A DNA stretch of 61,735 nt, counting the filler. It is 4 parts of 4 records of this genome, joined end to end, with 100 filler letters (N's around TTAATTAATTAA, not from the genome) between each part and the next. Parts side by side here need not be neighbours in the genome. Positions count along the whole stretch, not along the records: positions 24,093 to 43,357 come from SRR22947725_1922; 3 more parts are not named here. One strand, given 5' to 3'. Every line of letters begins with the position of its first letter. Within the stretch, counting starts at the first letter, position 1. Shown piece after piece: positions 23,993 to 34,054 of this stretch. The notes below the pieces were generated by a model that had not been told where the DNA came from, searched no databases, and saw nothing but the letters and a program-made list of their open reading frames with translations. The position numbers and the translations under genes are program-made.

Positions 23993-24092
23993 NNNNNNNN
24001 NNNNNNNNNNNNNNNNNNNNNNNNNNNNNNNNNNNNTTAATTAATTAANNNNNNNNNNNNNNNNNNNNNNNNNNNNNNNNNNNNNNNNNNNN
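23993..24092. other. artificial contig linker N44-TTAATTAATTAA-N44
   Basis: 100-bp spacer with stops in all six frames; unrelated truncated genes on each side. Confidence 0.97.
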
Positions 24093-25173
24093 GACCTCTT
24101 ATATTTCCAGACCAATCATAGGATTTTAATAAGCTAATAGCATCTTTTGTAAATGGCTTATTAGTAATACCTTGAGATTTAGATATTTTATCAGAAAAAT
24201 AGTCAACCAATAATGGAATATCTTCAGCCCTACTATTCAAAGAAGGAACTTTAATTAAAATTACAGCTAAACGATGAAATAAATCTTCTCTAAAGTTTCC
24301 TTTTGTTATTTCATCTTTTAAATTTTTATTTGTTGCTGCAACAACTCGTACGTTAATCTTAATATCTTTTTGAGCACCTACCTTTTGAATAGAATTAGAT
24401 TCAAGCGCTCTTAAAACTTTGGCTTGAGCTGATAAACTCATATCTCCTATTTCATCTAAAAAGATTGTTCCATTATTAGCAGCTTCAAACTTTCCTGTTT
24501 TATCTTTATTTGCACCTGTAAAAGATCCCTTTTGGTGTCCAAACAACTCACTTTCTATTAATTCATTTGGAATTGCTGCACAATTAACTTCGATTAATGG
24601 AGAAGAAAATCTTTTACTTTTTTGATGAATCCAATGAGCTACTAACTCTTTTCCAGAGCCATTTGGACCTGTGATTAATACTCTGGCATCAGTTGGAGCT
24701 ACTTTATCAATAAGGTTTTTGACTTCTTTAATTCCCTCACTTTCACCAATCATCTCATACGAAGTATTGATTTGCTTTCTTAATCTTATATTCTCGATTA
24801 TTAATTTTTTATTATCAAGTGCATTTCTAACAGCAGTCAATAATCTATTTAAATCTGGTGGTTTAGAAATATAATCAAATGCCCCTAGTCTCATCGTTTC
24901 TACCGCCGTATCTAAATCTCCATGACCAGAAATCATTATAATTGGTGTTTCAGGTTTAATCCTTTTTGCATATTCTAGAACCTCTATACCATCTTTCTTA
25001 GGCATTTTGATATCACAAAGAATTAAATCAATTTCATTATTTTTAATATGATCAATCGCTTCGAGACCATCAGGGGCTTCTGAAATAATAAAGTCACTAT
25101 TTTCTTCGGTTAGAATTTTAATCAAAACTCTACGAATTGCTATTTCATCTTCAACTATTAATATTTTAGACAT
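24093..25173 (-). CDS. sigma54-dependent response regulator (NtrC/NtrX family), C-terminus truncated by the gap
   Basis: Receiver domain (ILIVEDE, DIKMP, ISGHG, KP) plus AAA+ domain (GPNGSGKE, ESELFGH, GSFTGA, FLDEIGDM, FREDLFHRL, WSGNIR). Confidence 0.93.
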
Positions 25174-25176
25174 GAA

Positions 25177-26484
25177 TTAATATTTTAACCATTTATAAAG
25201 ATCTTTATAGCTAGGCTTTTGACCATACATTAAAATTCCAACACGATATATTTTTGCTGCAAACCAAACAATAGCAAAAAATGTAGCTACTAATATAGAA
25301 AGTGAAATGAGTTGCTCATAAATTGGAACTCCGTATGGAATTCGCATCATCATGACTATTGGTGAAGTAAACGGTATGTGTGAAAAAATTGTTGGAATAG
25401 TTCCACTTGGATCTTCAGAAACAGTGAATATACCTACATAAAGTCCAATTATTAGTGGCATACTAAGTGGGAACATAAATTGATTTGCATCGGTTTCGCT
25501 ATCGACAGCGGCTCCAACAGCTGCAAATAAAGATCCATAAAGAAATAACCCCGAAATAAAGAAAAACACAAATGCAATAAAAATATTTAAAAGTGGTAGA
25601 TTAAACAAAGCAGAAAAGAAAGTTTGAATTCCAGAATTAACTTGTGCATCACTAACATCTAATGAATTAAGCTCTGAGGTGGATACCCCAAAAATAGATG
25701 AAACTAAAGTAGAAACAACTAATGTTAGAGCTGTCCAAATAAATATCTGAGTAAAAGCTACCAAAGATGTCCCAACAATTTTTCCCATCATCAGTTGTGT
25801 AGGCTTAACGGAAGAAATGATAATTTCAATAATTCTACTTGTTTTTTCTTCTAAAACACTTCGAAGGATCATACTACCATATATAAAAACGAACATGTAT
25901 AATAACATCCCTAATAAAAACCCAAAGCCCATTTTTAATATTCCATCAATTTTTGTTGATTCTTCCCCCTCAAAACTTACTTGAACAAGATTAATATAAA
26001 TTTTAGATTCTTTAATTGTCTCTAAATCTAATCCCGAGCTGGTATAATTTAAATCTGTTAAAATTTTCTCTAATTTACTTTCAATGCTACTAATCAGGGT
26101 TAGTGATGGAGAATCTTCAGAAATAAGTTTAATAGACTTGGAAAGTTCAACGTAATCAATATTTTTTATATCCATAACAGATGGAATGAATATCAATGCA
26201 TCATCGTTTTTATCTTGTGAAATCATTTTCGCTTCTTCTTCGTCTAAATTTTCAAGAAATGAAAACTTAACGGTATCGGTACTTAATAATGAGTTTTCAA
26301 AAATGCCTGAATTATCTACAACAGTTATATTTTTAATACTATCACTATTAACATTTGATAAAAATGAAATAAACAAACCTAAACCAACTATTAAAAATGG
26401 AATTGATAAGGTAATTATTATAAACTTCTTGTTTTTTACTTGAGTTAAGTATTCTCTTGCTATAATTAATCTAGTATGGTTCAT
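25177..26484 (-). CDS. ABC-2 type permease (NatB/YhaP-like)
   Basis: VLEEKTSRIIEIIISSVKP, GKIVG, IPFTSPIVMMMR, KIYRVGILMYG. Confidence 0.88.
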   Translation of the reverse strand: MNHTRLIIAREYLTQVKNKKFIIITLSIPFLIVGLGLFISFLSNVNSDSIKNITVVDNSGIFENSLLSTDTVKFSFLENLDEEEAKMISQDKNDDALIFIPSVMDIKNIDYVELSKSIKLISEDSPSLTLISSIESKLEKILTDLNYTSSGLDLETIKESKIYINLVQVSFEGEESTKIDGILKMGFGFLLGMLLYMFVFIYGSMILRSVLEEKTSRIIEIIISSVKPTQLMMGKIVGTSLVAFTQIFIWTALTLVVSTLVSSIFGVSTSELNSLDVSDAQVNSGIQTFFSALFNLPLLNIFIAFVFFFISGLFLYGSLFAAVGAAVDSETDANQFMFPLSMPLIIGLYVGIFTVSEDPSGTIPTIFSHIPFTSPIVMMMRIPYGVPIYEQLISLSILVATFFAIVWFAAKIYRVGILMYGQKPSYKDLYKWLKY

Positions 26485-27413
26485 TATTTTTGGTTATTTA
26501 TAGTTTGAATAAAAATATCATTTGCACTAGGAACAACTTCCATAAAGTGATTTACTTCAGCATTAGAACTAAGAAAGTTCAGTAATTCATTGGAAGTTTG
26601 ATTAGGTTCTAGAGTTATATTTAATTTTAATTCTTTTCCTAAAGATTTAAAACTTGCATCGACAGAGTTAAATTTAGCGTTTATTAACTGCTTTATGACT
26701 CTTTGCTCACTACAAACTAGTCCAACTTCAAATGTATTGGTTTTATATTGTCTTTTAATATCGTTAAGATTCCCATCTAGGACTTTATTGGACTTATGAA
26801 TCAAAGCTATGTGATCACAAAGTTCTTCAACAGATTCCATTCTGTGGGTAGAAAAAATAACTGTAGATCCATCATCTCTTAATTTAAGAATTTCATCTTT
26901 AATTATATTTGCATTAATAGGATCAAAACCAGAAAAAGGTTCATCAAAAATCAATAAACTTGGTTTGTGAAGTACAGTTACAATAAATTGTACTTTTTGA
27001 GCCATTCCTTTAGAAAGTTCAACAATCTTTTTGTCCCACCATTCACCAATTTGAAATTTGTCGAACCAGTATTTAAGTTGTTTTTTAGCATCTACTCTGC
27101 TCATTCCTTTTAATTGAGCTAAGTAAAGAGCCTGTTCACCTACTTTCATAGATTTATACAAACCACGTTCCTCGGGCAAATAACCAATGTTTCTTATATG
27201 TTTTTGGCTAAGATTCTCACCTTTAAAAATAACTATTCCTGTATCTGGAATAGAAATCTGGTTAATTATTCTAATAAGTGTTGTTTTTCCAGCTCCATTA
27301 GGTCCAAGTAAACCAAAAATACTTCCTTTGGGAATATCAACAGAGACATTGTTTAATGCTTTGTAATCTCCAAAATGCTTTGAGACAGAGTCTATACTTA
27401 ATAAATTATCCAT
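26484..27413 (-). CDS. ABC transporter ATP-binding protein (YhaQ-like)
   Basis: GPNGAGKTT, GYLPEERGLY, LSKGMAQK, DEPFSGFDP. Confidence 0.92.
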   Translation of the reverse strand: MDNLLSIDSVSKHFGDYKALNNVSVDIPKGSIFGLLGPNGAGKTTLIRIINQISIPDTGIVIFKGENLSQKHIRNIGYLPEERGLYKSMKVGEQALYLAQLKGMSRVDAKKQLKYWFDKFQIGEWWDKKIVELSKGMAQKVQFIVTVLHKPSLLIFDEPFSGFDPINANIIKDEILKLRDDGSTVIFSTHRMESVEELCDHIALIHKSNKVLDGNLNDIKRQYKTNTFEVGLVCSEQRVIKQLINAKFNSVDASFKSLGKELKLNITLEPNQTSNELLNFLSSNAEVNHFMEVVPSANDIFIQTINNQK

Positions 27414-27487
27414 AAAAATTTTTATAATTTAAGGATATAAATATAAGGTTCTAAAACTAACTATTCAATTCTTTTGAGATAAAAAGA

Positions 27488-28591
27488 CTAAGAAAACATG
27501 TCTTTAACAGTATCAAAAAATGATTTATCGCTTTTTTCAGGTTTTGGATTAAAATGATCATCATCCTTCATGGATTCGAAGAAATTCTTTTGATTTTTAT
27601 TTAATGTTTTTGGTGTCCATACATTAACATGTACAAGTAAATCACCAGATCCATAGCCATTTATACTAGGAATCCCTTTATTTCGCAATCTTAAAATTTT
27701 TCCAGACTGAAGACCGGGTTCAATTTTAATTCTAACCTTTCCGCCAACCGTTTGAATTTCTTTAGAACCACCCAGAACTGCATCAGGCATACTAACATAT
27801 AAATCATAATGAAGGTTATCTCCTTCTCTTTGTAATTTGTCATGTGGAAGTTCTTCAATAACAACCAATAAATCACCACAAATACCATCTCCTGGCGCAT
27901 CATTCCCTTTAGAAGAAACTTTTAATTGCATCCCATCGACTACTCCAGCTGGAATTGGAATTTTAACTGTTTCCTCATTTAAAATTAATCCTTGACTATC
28001 TGAACCCTTTGGTCTGTTAGTTAATATTTTACCAGAACCACCACATGCATTACAAGGAGCTGAAGTTTGCATTCTTCCTAAAATAGTGTTTGCAATTCTA
28101 GTTACTTGACCTGTTCCATTACAAGTAGTACATGTACTAAAAGTACTACCAGGTGCTTTAACTTTTCTTTTTAACATTATTTTTTTCTCAACTCCATTTG
28201 CAATTTCCTCTAAACTAAGACTAACTCGAACTCGTAAATTACTTCCTTTAACTACCCTTTGTCTAGAGCCTCCTCCGAAACCTCCAAAACCTCCACCAAA
28301 AATATCTCCAAATTGGCTAAATATATCATCCATGTTCATTCCACCACCACCAAAACCGGCTCCACCATTTTGAAATGCTTGATGACCAAACTGATCATAT
28401 TTAGCTTTCTTTTCAGAGTTACTTAAAACTTCATAAGCTTCGGCGGCTTTTTTAAATTTTTCTTCAGCGGCTTTGTTATCTGGGTTTTTATCAGGATGGT
28501 ATTTAATCGCCATCTTTCTGTAAGCCTTTTTTATTTCGGCGCTAGTTGCGCTTTTAGTTAAACCTAACGTTTCGTAGTAATCTTCTTTCAT
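27488..28591 (-). CDS. dnaJ: chaperone DnaJ
   Basis: J domain with HPD, G/F region, two CxxCxGxG repeats, C-terminal domains; follows grpE. Confidence 0.96.
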   Translation of the reverse strand: MKEDYYETLGLTKSATSAEIKKAYRKMAIKYHPDKNPDNKAAEEKFKKAAEAYEVLSNSEKKAKYDQFGHQAFQNGGAGFGGGGMNMDDIFSQFGDIFGGGFGGFGGGSRQRVVKGSNLRVRVSLSLEEIANGVEKKIMLKRKVKAPGSTFSTCTTCNGTGQVTRIANTILGRMQTSAPCNACGGSGKILTNRPKGSDSQGLILNEETVKIPIPAGVVDGMQLKVSSKGNDAPGDGICGDLLVVIEELPHDKLQREGDNLHYDLYVSMPDAVLGGSKEIQTVGGKVRIKIEPGLQSGKILRLRNKGIPSINGYGSGDLLVHVNVWTPKTLNKNQKNFFESMKDDDHFNPKPEKSDKSFFDTVKDMFS

Positions 28592-28592
28592 A

Positions 28593-29114
28593 TTATTTTC
28601 CTATTACGACTTTTGGGTATCTAATTACTTTATCACCCAATTTATAACCCTTTTCAATCACGTCAATAATTTTACCTTTTAAATCTTCACTTGGAGCAGG
28701 TATTTGTGTAACAGCTTCATGATCATCAGCATCAAACGAATCCCCTTTTTTTACTTCTACAATTTTCAATCCTTTTGATTTTAGAGTATCAAATAATTTA
28801 TTTTGGATTAAAGAAACACCCTTGTAGATTTCATCATCACTATTTTTAATTATTTCTTGATTAGCTCTATCAAAATCATCTAAAACAGGGAGTAATGAAG
28901 TCATCAACTCTTGACTCGCTGTTGAAAACAATTCAATTCTTTCTCTGGTGGTTCTTTTTTTATAATTTTCGAATTCAGCAAAAAGTCTTAAAAATTTCTC
29001 TTTTTCTTTCTGAACATCACCCACCTCATTTTTTACAACCTCAACATCTAAATCTTTTTCTTTAGATTTAGATTTTTTATTTTCTTTTTTGACTTTCGTA
29101 TTTTTTTTACTCAT
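28593..29114 (-). CDS. grpE: nucleotide exchange factor GrpE
   Basis: LRLFAEFENYKKR, LLPVLDDFDRA, HEAV, KGYKLGDKVIR. Confidence 0.96.
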   Translation of the reverse strand: MSKKNTKVKKENKKSKSKEKDLDVEVVKNEVGDVQKEKEKFLRLFAEFENYKKRTTRERIELFSTASQELMTSLLPVLDDFDRANQEIIKNSDDEIYKGVSLIQNKLFDTLKSKGLKIVEVKKGDSFDADDHEAVTQIPAPSEDLKGKIIDVIEKGYKLGDKVIRYPKVVIGK

Positions 29115-29145
29115 ATTAATTAATTAACATTTATTATATGATATA

Positions 29146-29185
29146 ACAAAAGTACTGCCATAAATTAAATAATGTCAAAATGTCA
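29146..29185 (-). promoter_or_regulatory. grpE-dnaJ promoter region
   Basis: Minus strand TGACA-TTT-TGACA-N12-TGGCAGTACTTTTGT. It contains both the Bacteroidetes -7 element TAnnTTTG and a sigma54-like TGGCA-N6-TTG. Confidence 0.55.
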
Positions 29186-29189
29186 CCAA

Positions 29190-30095
29190 TTATTTTAATA
29201 AATCTGCTATAGCATGATCGAAATTATCAAACTTAAAATTAAATTTAGTTTGACTTAATCTATTGCAAGTTATATTTTGACTTTCAAAAATTATTATATG
29301 CATTTCTCCTAGAATTAAACTCATCAACCATTTAGGTAGATTAGGAAATATCAATGGTCTATTTAAAAATTTAGAAAGCTTTATCGTAAACTCCTTATTA
29401 GTAATTGGATTGGGGGAAGTTCCATTAAAAATTCCGACTAAATCATTTTTTAAAATATGACAGAAAATATTAGAAATATCTTGAATATGAATCCATGACT
29501 GCCACTGCATACCACTGCCAAAAAATGAACCAACACCAAATTTAATAGGAAACAAAGATTTAGACAATATTCCACCATCCTTTGATAATACAAGTCCAAT
29601 TCTAACAATAGCTATTTCGATTTTCAAATCATTAAAAGAATTAACCGCTAACTCCCATTCACTAACAACCTTTCCTAGAAAGCTGGAACTAATTAAATTA
29701 TCGTTTTCAGTATATGCTCTATCAAATGAGCTAGGATAAATACCAATTGCACTTGCTGAAATAATTTTTTTAATATTTAAATTGTTTTTTAAAATTGAGT
29801 CTTTTAATAAATTTAAAGATTGAGTTCTACTTTTAAGAATTTGCAACTTATTTGATCTGCTCCATCGTTTGGCAATATTAGAGCCTGCTAGATTTATTAT
29901 TGTATCTACATTTTTAAAACATTCTAAATCAATAATTTCTTTTTCAGGATTCCAGTAATAACCATTAATTTTATCTAAAGATTTAATCTGTGAATTTCTA
30001 GTTGTTAAATAGTTTACAGAATATCCTTTACTTAATAAATCACTGGTTAATTTCTTTCCAATTAAACCAGTTGCTCCTGTAATTAATATTTTCAT
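29190..30095 (-). CDS. TIGR01777 family NAD-dependent epimerase-like oxidoreductase
   Basis: ITGATGLIG, IINLAG, SASAIGIY, RIGLVLS..GG, GSGMQWQSWIH. Confidence 0.9.
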   Translation of the reverse strand: MKILITGATGLIGKKLTSDLLSKGYSVNYLTTRNSQIKSLDKINGYYWNPEKEIIDLECFKNVDTIINLAGSNIAKRWSRSNKLQILKSRTQSLNLLKDSILKNNLNIKKIISASAIGIYPSSFDRAYTENDNLISSSFLGKVVSEWELAVNSFNDLKIEIAIVRIGLVLSKDGGILSKSLFPIKFGVGSFFGSGMQWQSWIHIQDISNIFCHILKNDLVGIFNGTSPNPITNKEFTIKLSKFLNRPLIFPNLPKWLMSLILGEMHIIIFESQNITCNRLSQTKFNFKFDNFDHAIADLLK

Positions 30096-30173
30096 TTAAC
30101 TATACACTTTTTAATAAGGTAAAATTAAAAATTTCAATATTATAAATGTGTTTTTTTTAATATTAATATTATG

Positions 30174-30181
30174 TAAATTTG
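30174..30181 (+). promoter_or_regulatory. Bacteroidetes -7 promoter element for ilvE
   Basis: TAAATTTG (TAnnTTTG) ending 22 bp before the ATG. Confidence 0.5.
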
Positions 30182-30202
30182 ACATCTAAATAAATTTAAA
30201 AA

Positions 30203-31264
30203 ATGAGTGATTCTATAGAAATTAATAAGATTAATAAATCTAGAATAGATGATGTCGATTTTACCACTCTGACTTTTGGCTCAGTTTTTACTGACCACAT
30301 GCTTGAGTGTGATTTTATAGATGGAAAATGGCAAAAACCTATTATCAAGCCATATGGTCCTTTAACTATAGACCCTTCAGCAAGTGTTTTTCATTACGGG
30401 CAAGCAATTTTTGAAGGAATGAAAGCTTATAAAGATTCTAATGAAAAAATTTGGTTATTTAGACCTGAAGACAATTGGGACAGATTTAATAAATCTTCTA
30501 AAAGATTAGCGATTCCAGAAATTCCAAAAGATTATTTCGTTAACGGAATAAAAGAAATATTAAAATTAGATTCGGATTGGGTTAAAAACGATGAAGGTTC
30601 TGCACTATATATACGTCCATTTGTGATTGGTAATCAGCATGCTATTCAAGCAGCACCATCAAACGCATATAAATTTATGATTATTTGCTCACCGTCTGCC
30701 CCTTACTACCCTGGTGGGGTTAAAGTCCTTGTTGCAGATAAATTTAGTAGAGCTGCAAGCGGTGGAGTTGGATATGCCAAAGCTGCAGGAAATTATGCAG
30801 GTCAATTTTACCCAACTAATTTAGCTAAAGAAAAAGGGTTTGACCAAATTATCTGGACCGATGCTAATGAGCATAAATACTTAGAAGAGGCTGGAACAAT
30901 GAACCTGTTTTTTAGAATAAATAATACACTTATAACTACCCCTACTAGTGATACTATTTTAGATGGTATTACAAGAAAAAGTATTATTCAACTATGTAAA
31001 GATTCAAATATTGATATTCGAGTTAGAAGAATTAGTATTCAAGAACTTAAAGACGCTGCTAAAAATAATTCTCTAAAAGAGATTTTTGGAACTGGTACTG
31101 CAGCAGTTATTAGCAAAGTAATTGGTTTTGAACATTTAGGTGAATATTTTAATCTGCCTGAAATTGAAAACAAATATGCAGATCAATTAAAAGAATCACT
31201 AATTTCAATTCAAACAAACAGATCTTCAGACAACCATAATTGGACTATTTGTATAGACGATTAG
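30203..31264 (+). CDS. ilvE: branched-chain amino acid aminotransferase
   Basis: FTDHM, HYGQAIFEGMKAY, LYIRPF, AKAAGNYA, EEAGTMN, ILDGITRKS, GTGTAA. Confidence 0.95.
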   Translation: MSDSIEINKINKSRIDDVDFTTLTFGSVFTDHMLECDFIDGKWQKPIIKPYGPLTIDPSASVFHYGQAIFEGMKAYKDSNEKIWLFRPEDNWDRFNKSSKRLAIPEIPKDYFVNGIKEILKLDSDWVKNDEGSALYIRPFVIGNQHAIQAAPSNAYKFMIICSPSAPYYPGGVKVLVADKFSRAASGGVGYAKAAGNYAGQFYPTNLAKEKGFDQIIWTDANEHKYLEEAGTMNLFFRINNTLITTPTSDTILDGITRKSIIQLCKDSNIDIRVRRISIQELKDAAKNNSLKEIFGTGTAAVISKVIGFEHLGEYFNLPEIENKYADQLKESLISIQTNRSSDNHNWTICIDD

Positions 31265-31647
31265 GAGTTTAATATTTTTGAAATGTTTGGTTTAAAATAA
31301 TTTGGGCCCTTTAAAACCTTTCCATCTTCTCGATAGATTGGCTGACCATTTTCACCTAGCTTACTCATATTACTTCTTTGTATTTCATTAAATACATCCT
31401 CAATTTTATCTTGTAATCCATGTTCTATTATAGTACCACATAAAATATATAACATATCTCCTAGAGCATCAGCAACTTCAACAAGATCTCCATTGTTAGC
31501 AGCTTCTAGATATTCTAAATTTTCTTCCGCCATAAGGTTGAATCTTAAGTTGTTTTTCTCTTTGCCTAAATCAGCAATATTAGTATTACTGTATCCAATT
31601 TTAAAAGATTCATGAAACTTCTTAACTGCAGAGATTTTATTTTGCAT
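31261..31647 (-). CDS. MazG-like nucleoside triphosphate pyrophosphohydrolase family protein
   Basis: EENLEYLEA, EVADALGDMLY, SNMSKL, REDGKVLKGPNYFKP. Confidence 0.85.
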   Translation of the reverse strand: MQNKISAVKKFHESFKIGYSNTNIADLGKEKNNLRFNLMAEENLEYLEAANNGDLVEVADALGDMLYILCGTIIEHGLQDKIEDVFNEIQRSNMSKLGENGQPIYREDGKVLKGPNYFKPNISKILNS

Positions 31648-31699
31648 TTTTTTTAGAATTTGTTAGTTAATTATTTTATAATTTTGTTTTTATAAATTT

Positions 31700-31891
31700 A
31701 TGAATATGTTTAGCGATGGACAAATAACTTTTGGAATCATTTTTTTTATAGTATTCTCCATACTAGTTGGTTTTGCTTATGTAAAAGATTCACAATTGCA
31801 CAATAAATATTATAAAGGAAGCTATAGGGTCTTAATTGCCTTCGTTAGCTTCATCGGAATGATTGCACTAATAAAATTTGCTTTTATGTAA
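31700..31891 (+). CDS. small two-TM hypothetical protein of flavobacterial type
   Basis: MFSDGQ..F....F...Y.KD..LH.KYYKGSY pattern; two hydrophobic stretches; fills the intergenic space. Confidence 0.7.
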   Translation: MNMFSDGQITFGIIFFIVFSILVGFAYVKDSQLHNKYYKGSYRVLIAFVSFIGMIALIKFAFM

Positions 31892-31902
31892 TTTTTTTAA
31901 TT

Positions 31903-33915
31903 CTATTTTAGAAATCCGAAATTTTCAGAATAATATAACATTTGATCTTCAAAACTAGCATGGTGTTTAATTGAAATAGAAATTATTTCTTTTTCACTAT
32001 TAAACTTTGGAACAAGAACAGGATTTACAAATCCCTGATATGGAGCACCAGTAAATTTTCTATTTCTTTTCAATACTTCTGAATGGATTTCTTGGTCTAC
32101 TTTTACTCCATAGTCTTCAACTAAAGCCTCTGCTGCTGCAAAATCTCCTTCAGATTTAATTCTTTGTGTTTCTCTTAAAAGCTCACCAAATATATCTCTC
32201 AATTTATCATAATCATTGATATTAAAATAAGTTTTCCCATCTCTATTAATTTTTTCTATGACGTTGTCCTTTAATCCTCTTTCATATGCCCATGCACTAA
32301 CCCATTGACGATTTCTCATATGAGATTCTTCAACATCATCTCCAAGATTTAATCTTATTAACTGCATCATTAGTCCATTTCTAATATATCCGTCAAAAGT
32401 AGCCATACCCATTTCTTTCCAGTCTTCTACAAGACCTAATTCTTGTAATTTTGGATTATACAAATAATATAAACCTATTAAGTCTGCTCTTCCCTCTTCC
32501 ATTGTTGAAGCATATGTCTTTAAAGTTTCTTTTGTTTCTCCAACACCAGGGTTTAATTGACCTGATGCATGCCCAATTACTTCATGTAAAGCTGTATGAA
32601 GTTTATCAGCCTGCTTACCGAGCTTAACTTCCAGTTCATATTCTAAATCGTCATTAACAAACTCTTTTAATCTATCTGAGCTACCAGAATTATTATAGGC
32701 ATTAATAATATTTCCTAAAGAAACTGATTTACTACCAACTGCAGCTCTTATCCAATTTGCATTTGGGAGGTTTACTCCAATAGGAGTGCTTGGTGAGGCA
32801 TCTCCTGCTTCACCTGCAACGTTTACAGTCTTATAAGAAACTCCAACTACATTCTTTTTTTTATGTGACTCTATTAGTGGAGAATTATCTTCAAACCATT
32901 GTGCGTTTTCTGATAATACAGCCATTTTTGCTGACATATCAAAATCTTTAATTTGAACTATGTTTTCATAAGAACCTCTATAGCCAAGGGGGTCATTATA
33001 GACTTCAATAAAGCTATTTATATAATCAATGTTACCTTCAGTAGCAGATGTCCAAGCTACATTATAATCATCCCAAGTCTGTAGGTCACCGGTTTTGTAA
33101 TATGAAATTAATAAATATAAAGCATCACCTTGAGGTTTATTTTCCGCAACTCCGTAAGCCAATTCTAACCATTTAATAATTTCATCAATTGCTTCCCCAT
33201 ATAATCCACCAGATTTATAAACCTGTTCGAGAATAACCCCATTTTCTTTTACGAGCCTGGAATTTAATCCATGAGATAGTGGCTTCAAAGGATCTGGTGA
33301 TTTTACTTTAGAATAAAAATCATATACATCCTTAGAAGTAACATTAGGACCATAAAAATTTACCGCAGATAATAGCACATTATCAATTCCTTTAGCTAAG
33401 TTTACTTTTTTAGAATCTAAATCATTAAAAATAACATTTAGAGCATCATTACTAATAGTTGTGTTTGTAGATGATAAAATTTGAGTTAAGTAATCAAGTT
33501 CAAATTCTGGTTTAATTTTATCATTTGAATAATGATGATGTATACCATTACTAAACCAAAGTCTCTTTAGGTAAATCTCAAAAGACATCCAATCTTCCGA
33601 TTTTTTATCACCTGTGTAATTAAAATATACATTTTGTAATGCCGTCCTTATTTCTAAATTGTGACGGTAATTTTGATCCCACATAATATCTCTTCCAGAC
33701 AATCCTGCTTGAGTTAAATAATAAACTAATTTTTGTTCTTTTAGTGTTAGATTATTCCACCCAGGTATATCGTATCGTAATATTTCGATATCAGAAAATT
33801 CTTCTAATGAATATTCAAAATTTTCATCAAATGTGATCAAACGATCAACATTTTCATTACAATTAAAAAGAAAAAAACATATAATAAGATTACATAAGAC
33901 TAGTTTAGTTTTCAT
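31903..33915 (-). CDS. dipeptidyl-peptidase III (peptidase M49), probable lipoprotein
   Basis: HEVIGH (HExxGH), EEGRAD (EExRAD), GVNLPN; N-terminal hydrophobic stretch followed by Cys. Confidence 0.9.
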   Translation of the reverse strand: MKTKLVLCNLIICFFLFNCNENVDRLITFDENFEYSLEEFSDIEILRYDIPGWNNLTLKEQKLVYYLTQAGLSGRDIMWDQNYRHNLEIRTALQNVYFNYTGDKKSEDWMSFEIYLKRLWFSNGIHHHYSNDKIKPEFELDYLTQILSSTNTTISNDALNVIFNDLDSKKVNLAKGIDNVLLSAVNFYGPNVTSKDVYDFYSKVKSPDPLKPLSHGLNSRLVKENGVILEQVYKSGGLYGEAIDEIIKWLELAYGVAENKPQGDALYLLISYYKTGDLQTWDDYNVAWTSATEGNIDYINSFIEVYNDPLGYRGSYENIVQIKDFDMSAKMAVLSENAQWFEDNSPLIESHKKKNVVGVSYKTVNVAGEAGDASPSTPIGVNLPNANWIRAAVGSKSVSLGNIINAYNNSGSSDRLKEFVNDDLEYELEVKLGKQADKLHTALHEVIGHASGQLNPGVGETKETLKTYASTMEEGRADLIGLYYLYNPKLQELGLVEDWKEMGMATFDGYIRNGLMMQLIRLNLGDDVEESHMRNRQWVSAWAYERGLKDNVIEKINRDGKTYFNINDYDKLRDIFGELLRETQRIKSEGDFAAAEALVEDYGVKVDQEIHSEVLKRNRKFTGAPYQGFVNPVLVPKFNSEKEIISISIKHHASFEDQMLYYSENFGFLK

Positions 33916-34004
33916 CTGTATATTTTTGAAATTGATTACTAAAATATGGTTTTTAATTAATAGTAAATAATTAAACTTAAATTAATCTAATCATACTAAA
34001 TTAA

Positions 34005-34012
34005 TATATTTG
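34005..34012 (+). promoter_or_regulatory. Bacteroidetes -7 element upstream of the 47-aa ORF
   Basis: TATATTTG (TAnnTTTG) ending 43 bp before ATG 34055. Confidence 0.45.
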
Positions 34013-34054
34013 GTATATCAATTAAATTTATTTTAACTTTTTAAAAATTAAACA

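Noticed and set aside
24037-24048. TTAATTAATTAA recurring three times within N runs as a biological repeat
   Set aside because: It is an artificial six-frame-stop linker. The copy at 29116-29127 has no Ns and is ordinary AT-rich sequence.
24505-24535. GSFTGA instead of GAFTGA as an inactive activator
   Set aside because: GSFTGA is a common functional variant and the key Phe and Thr are retained.
31261-31647. MazG-like gene as an anti-phage defence system
   Set aside because: It is a standalone housekeeping-type pyrophosphohydrolase in a core-gene context with no defence partners.
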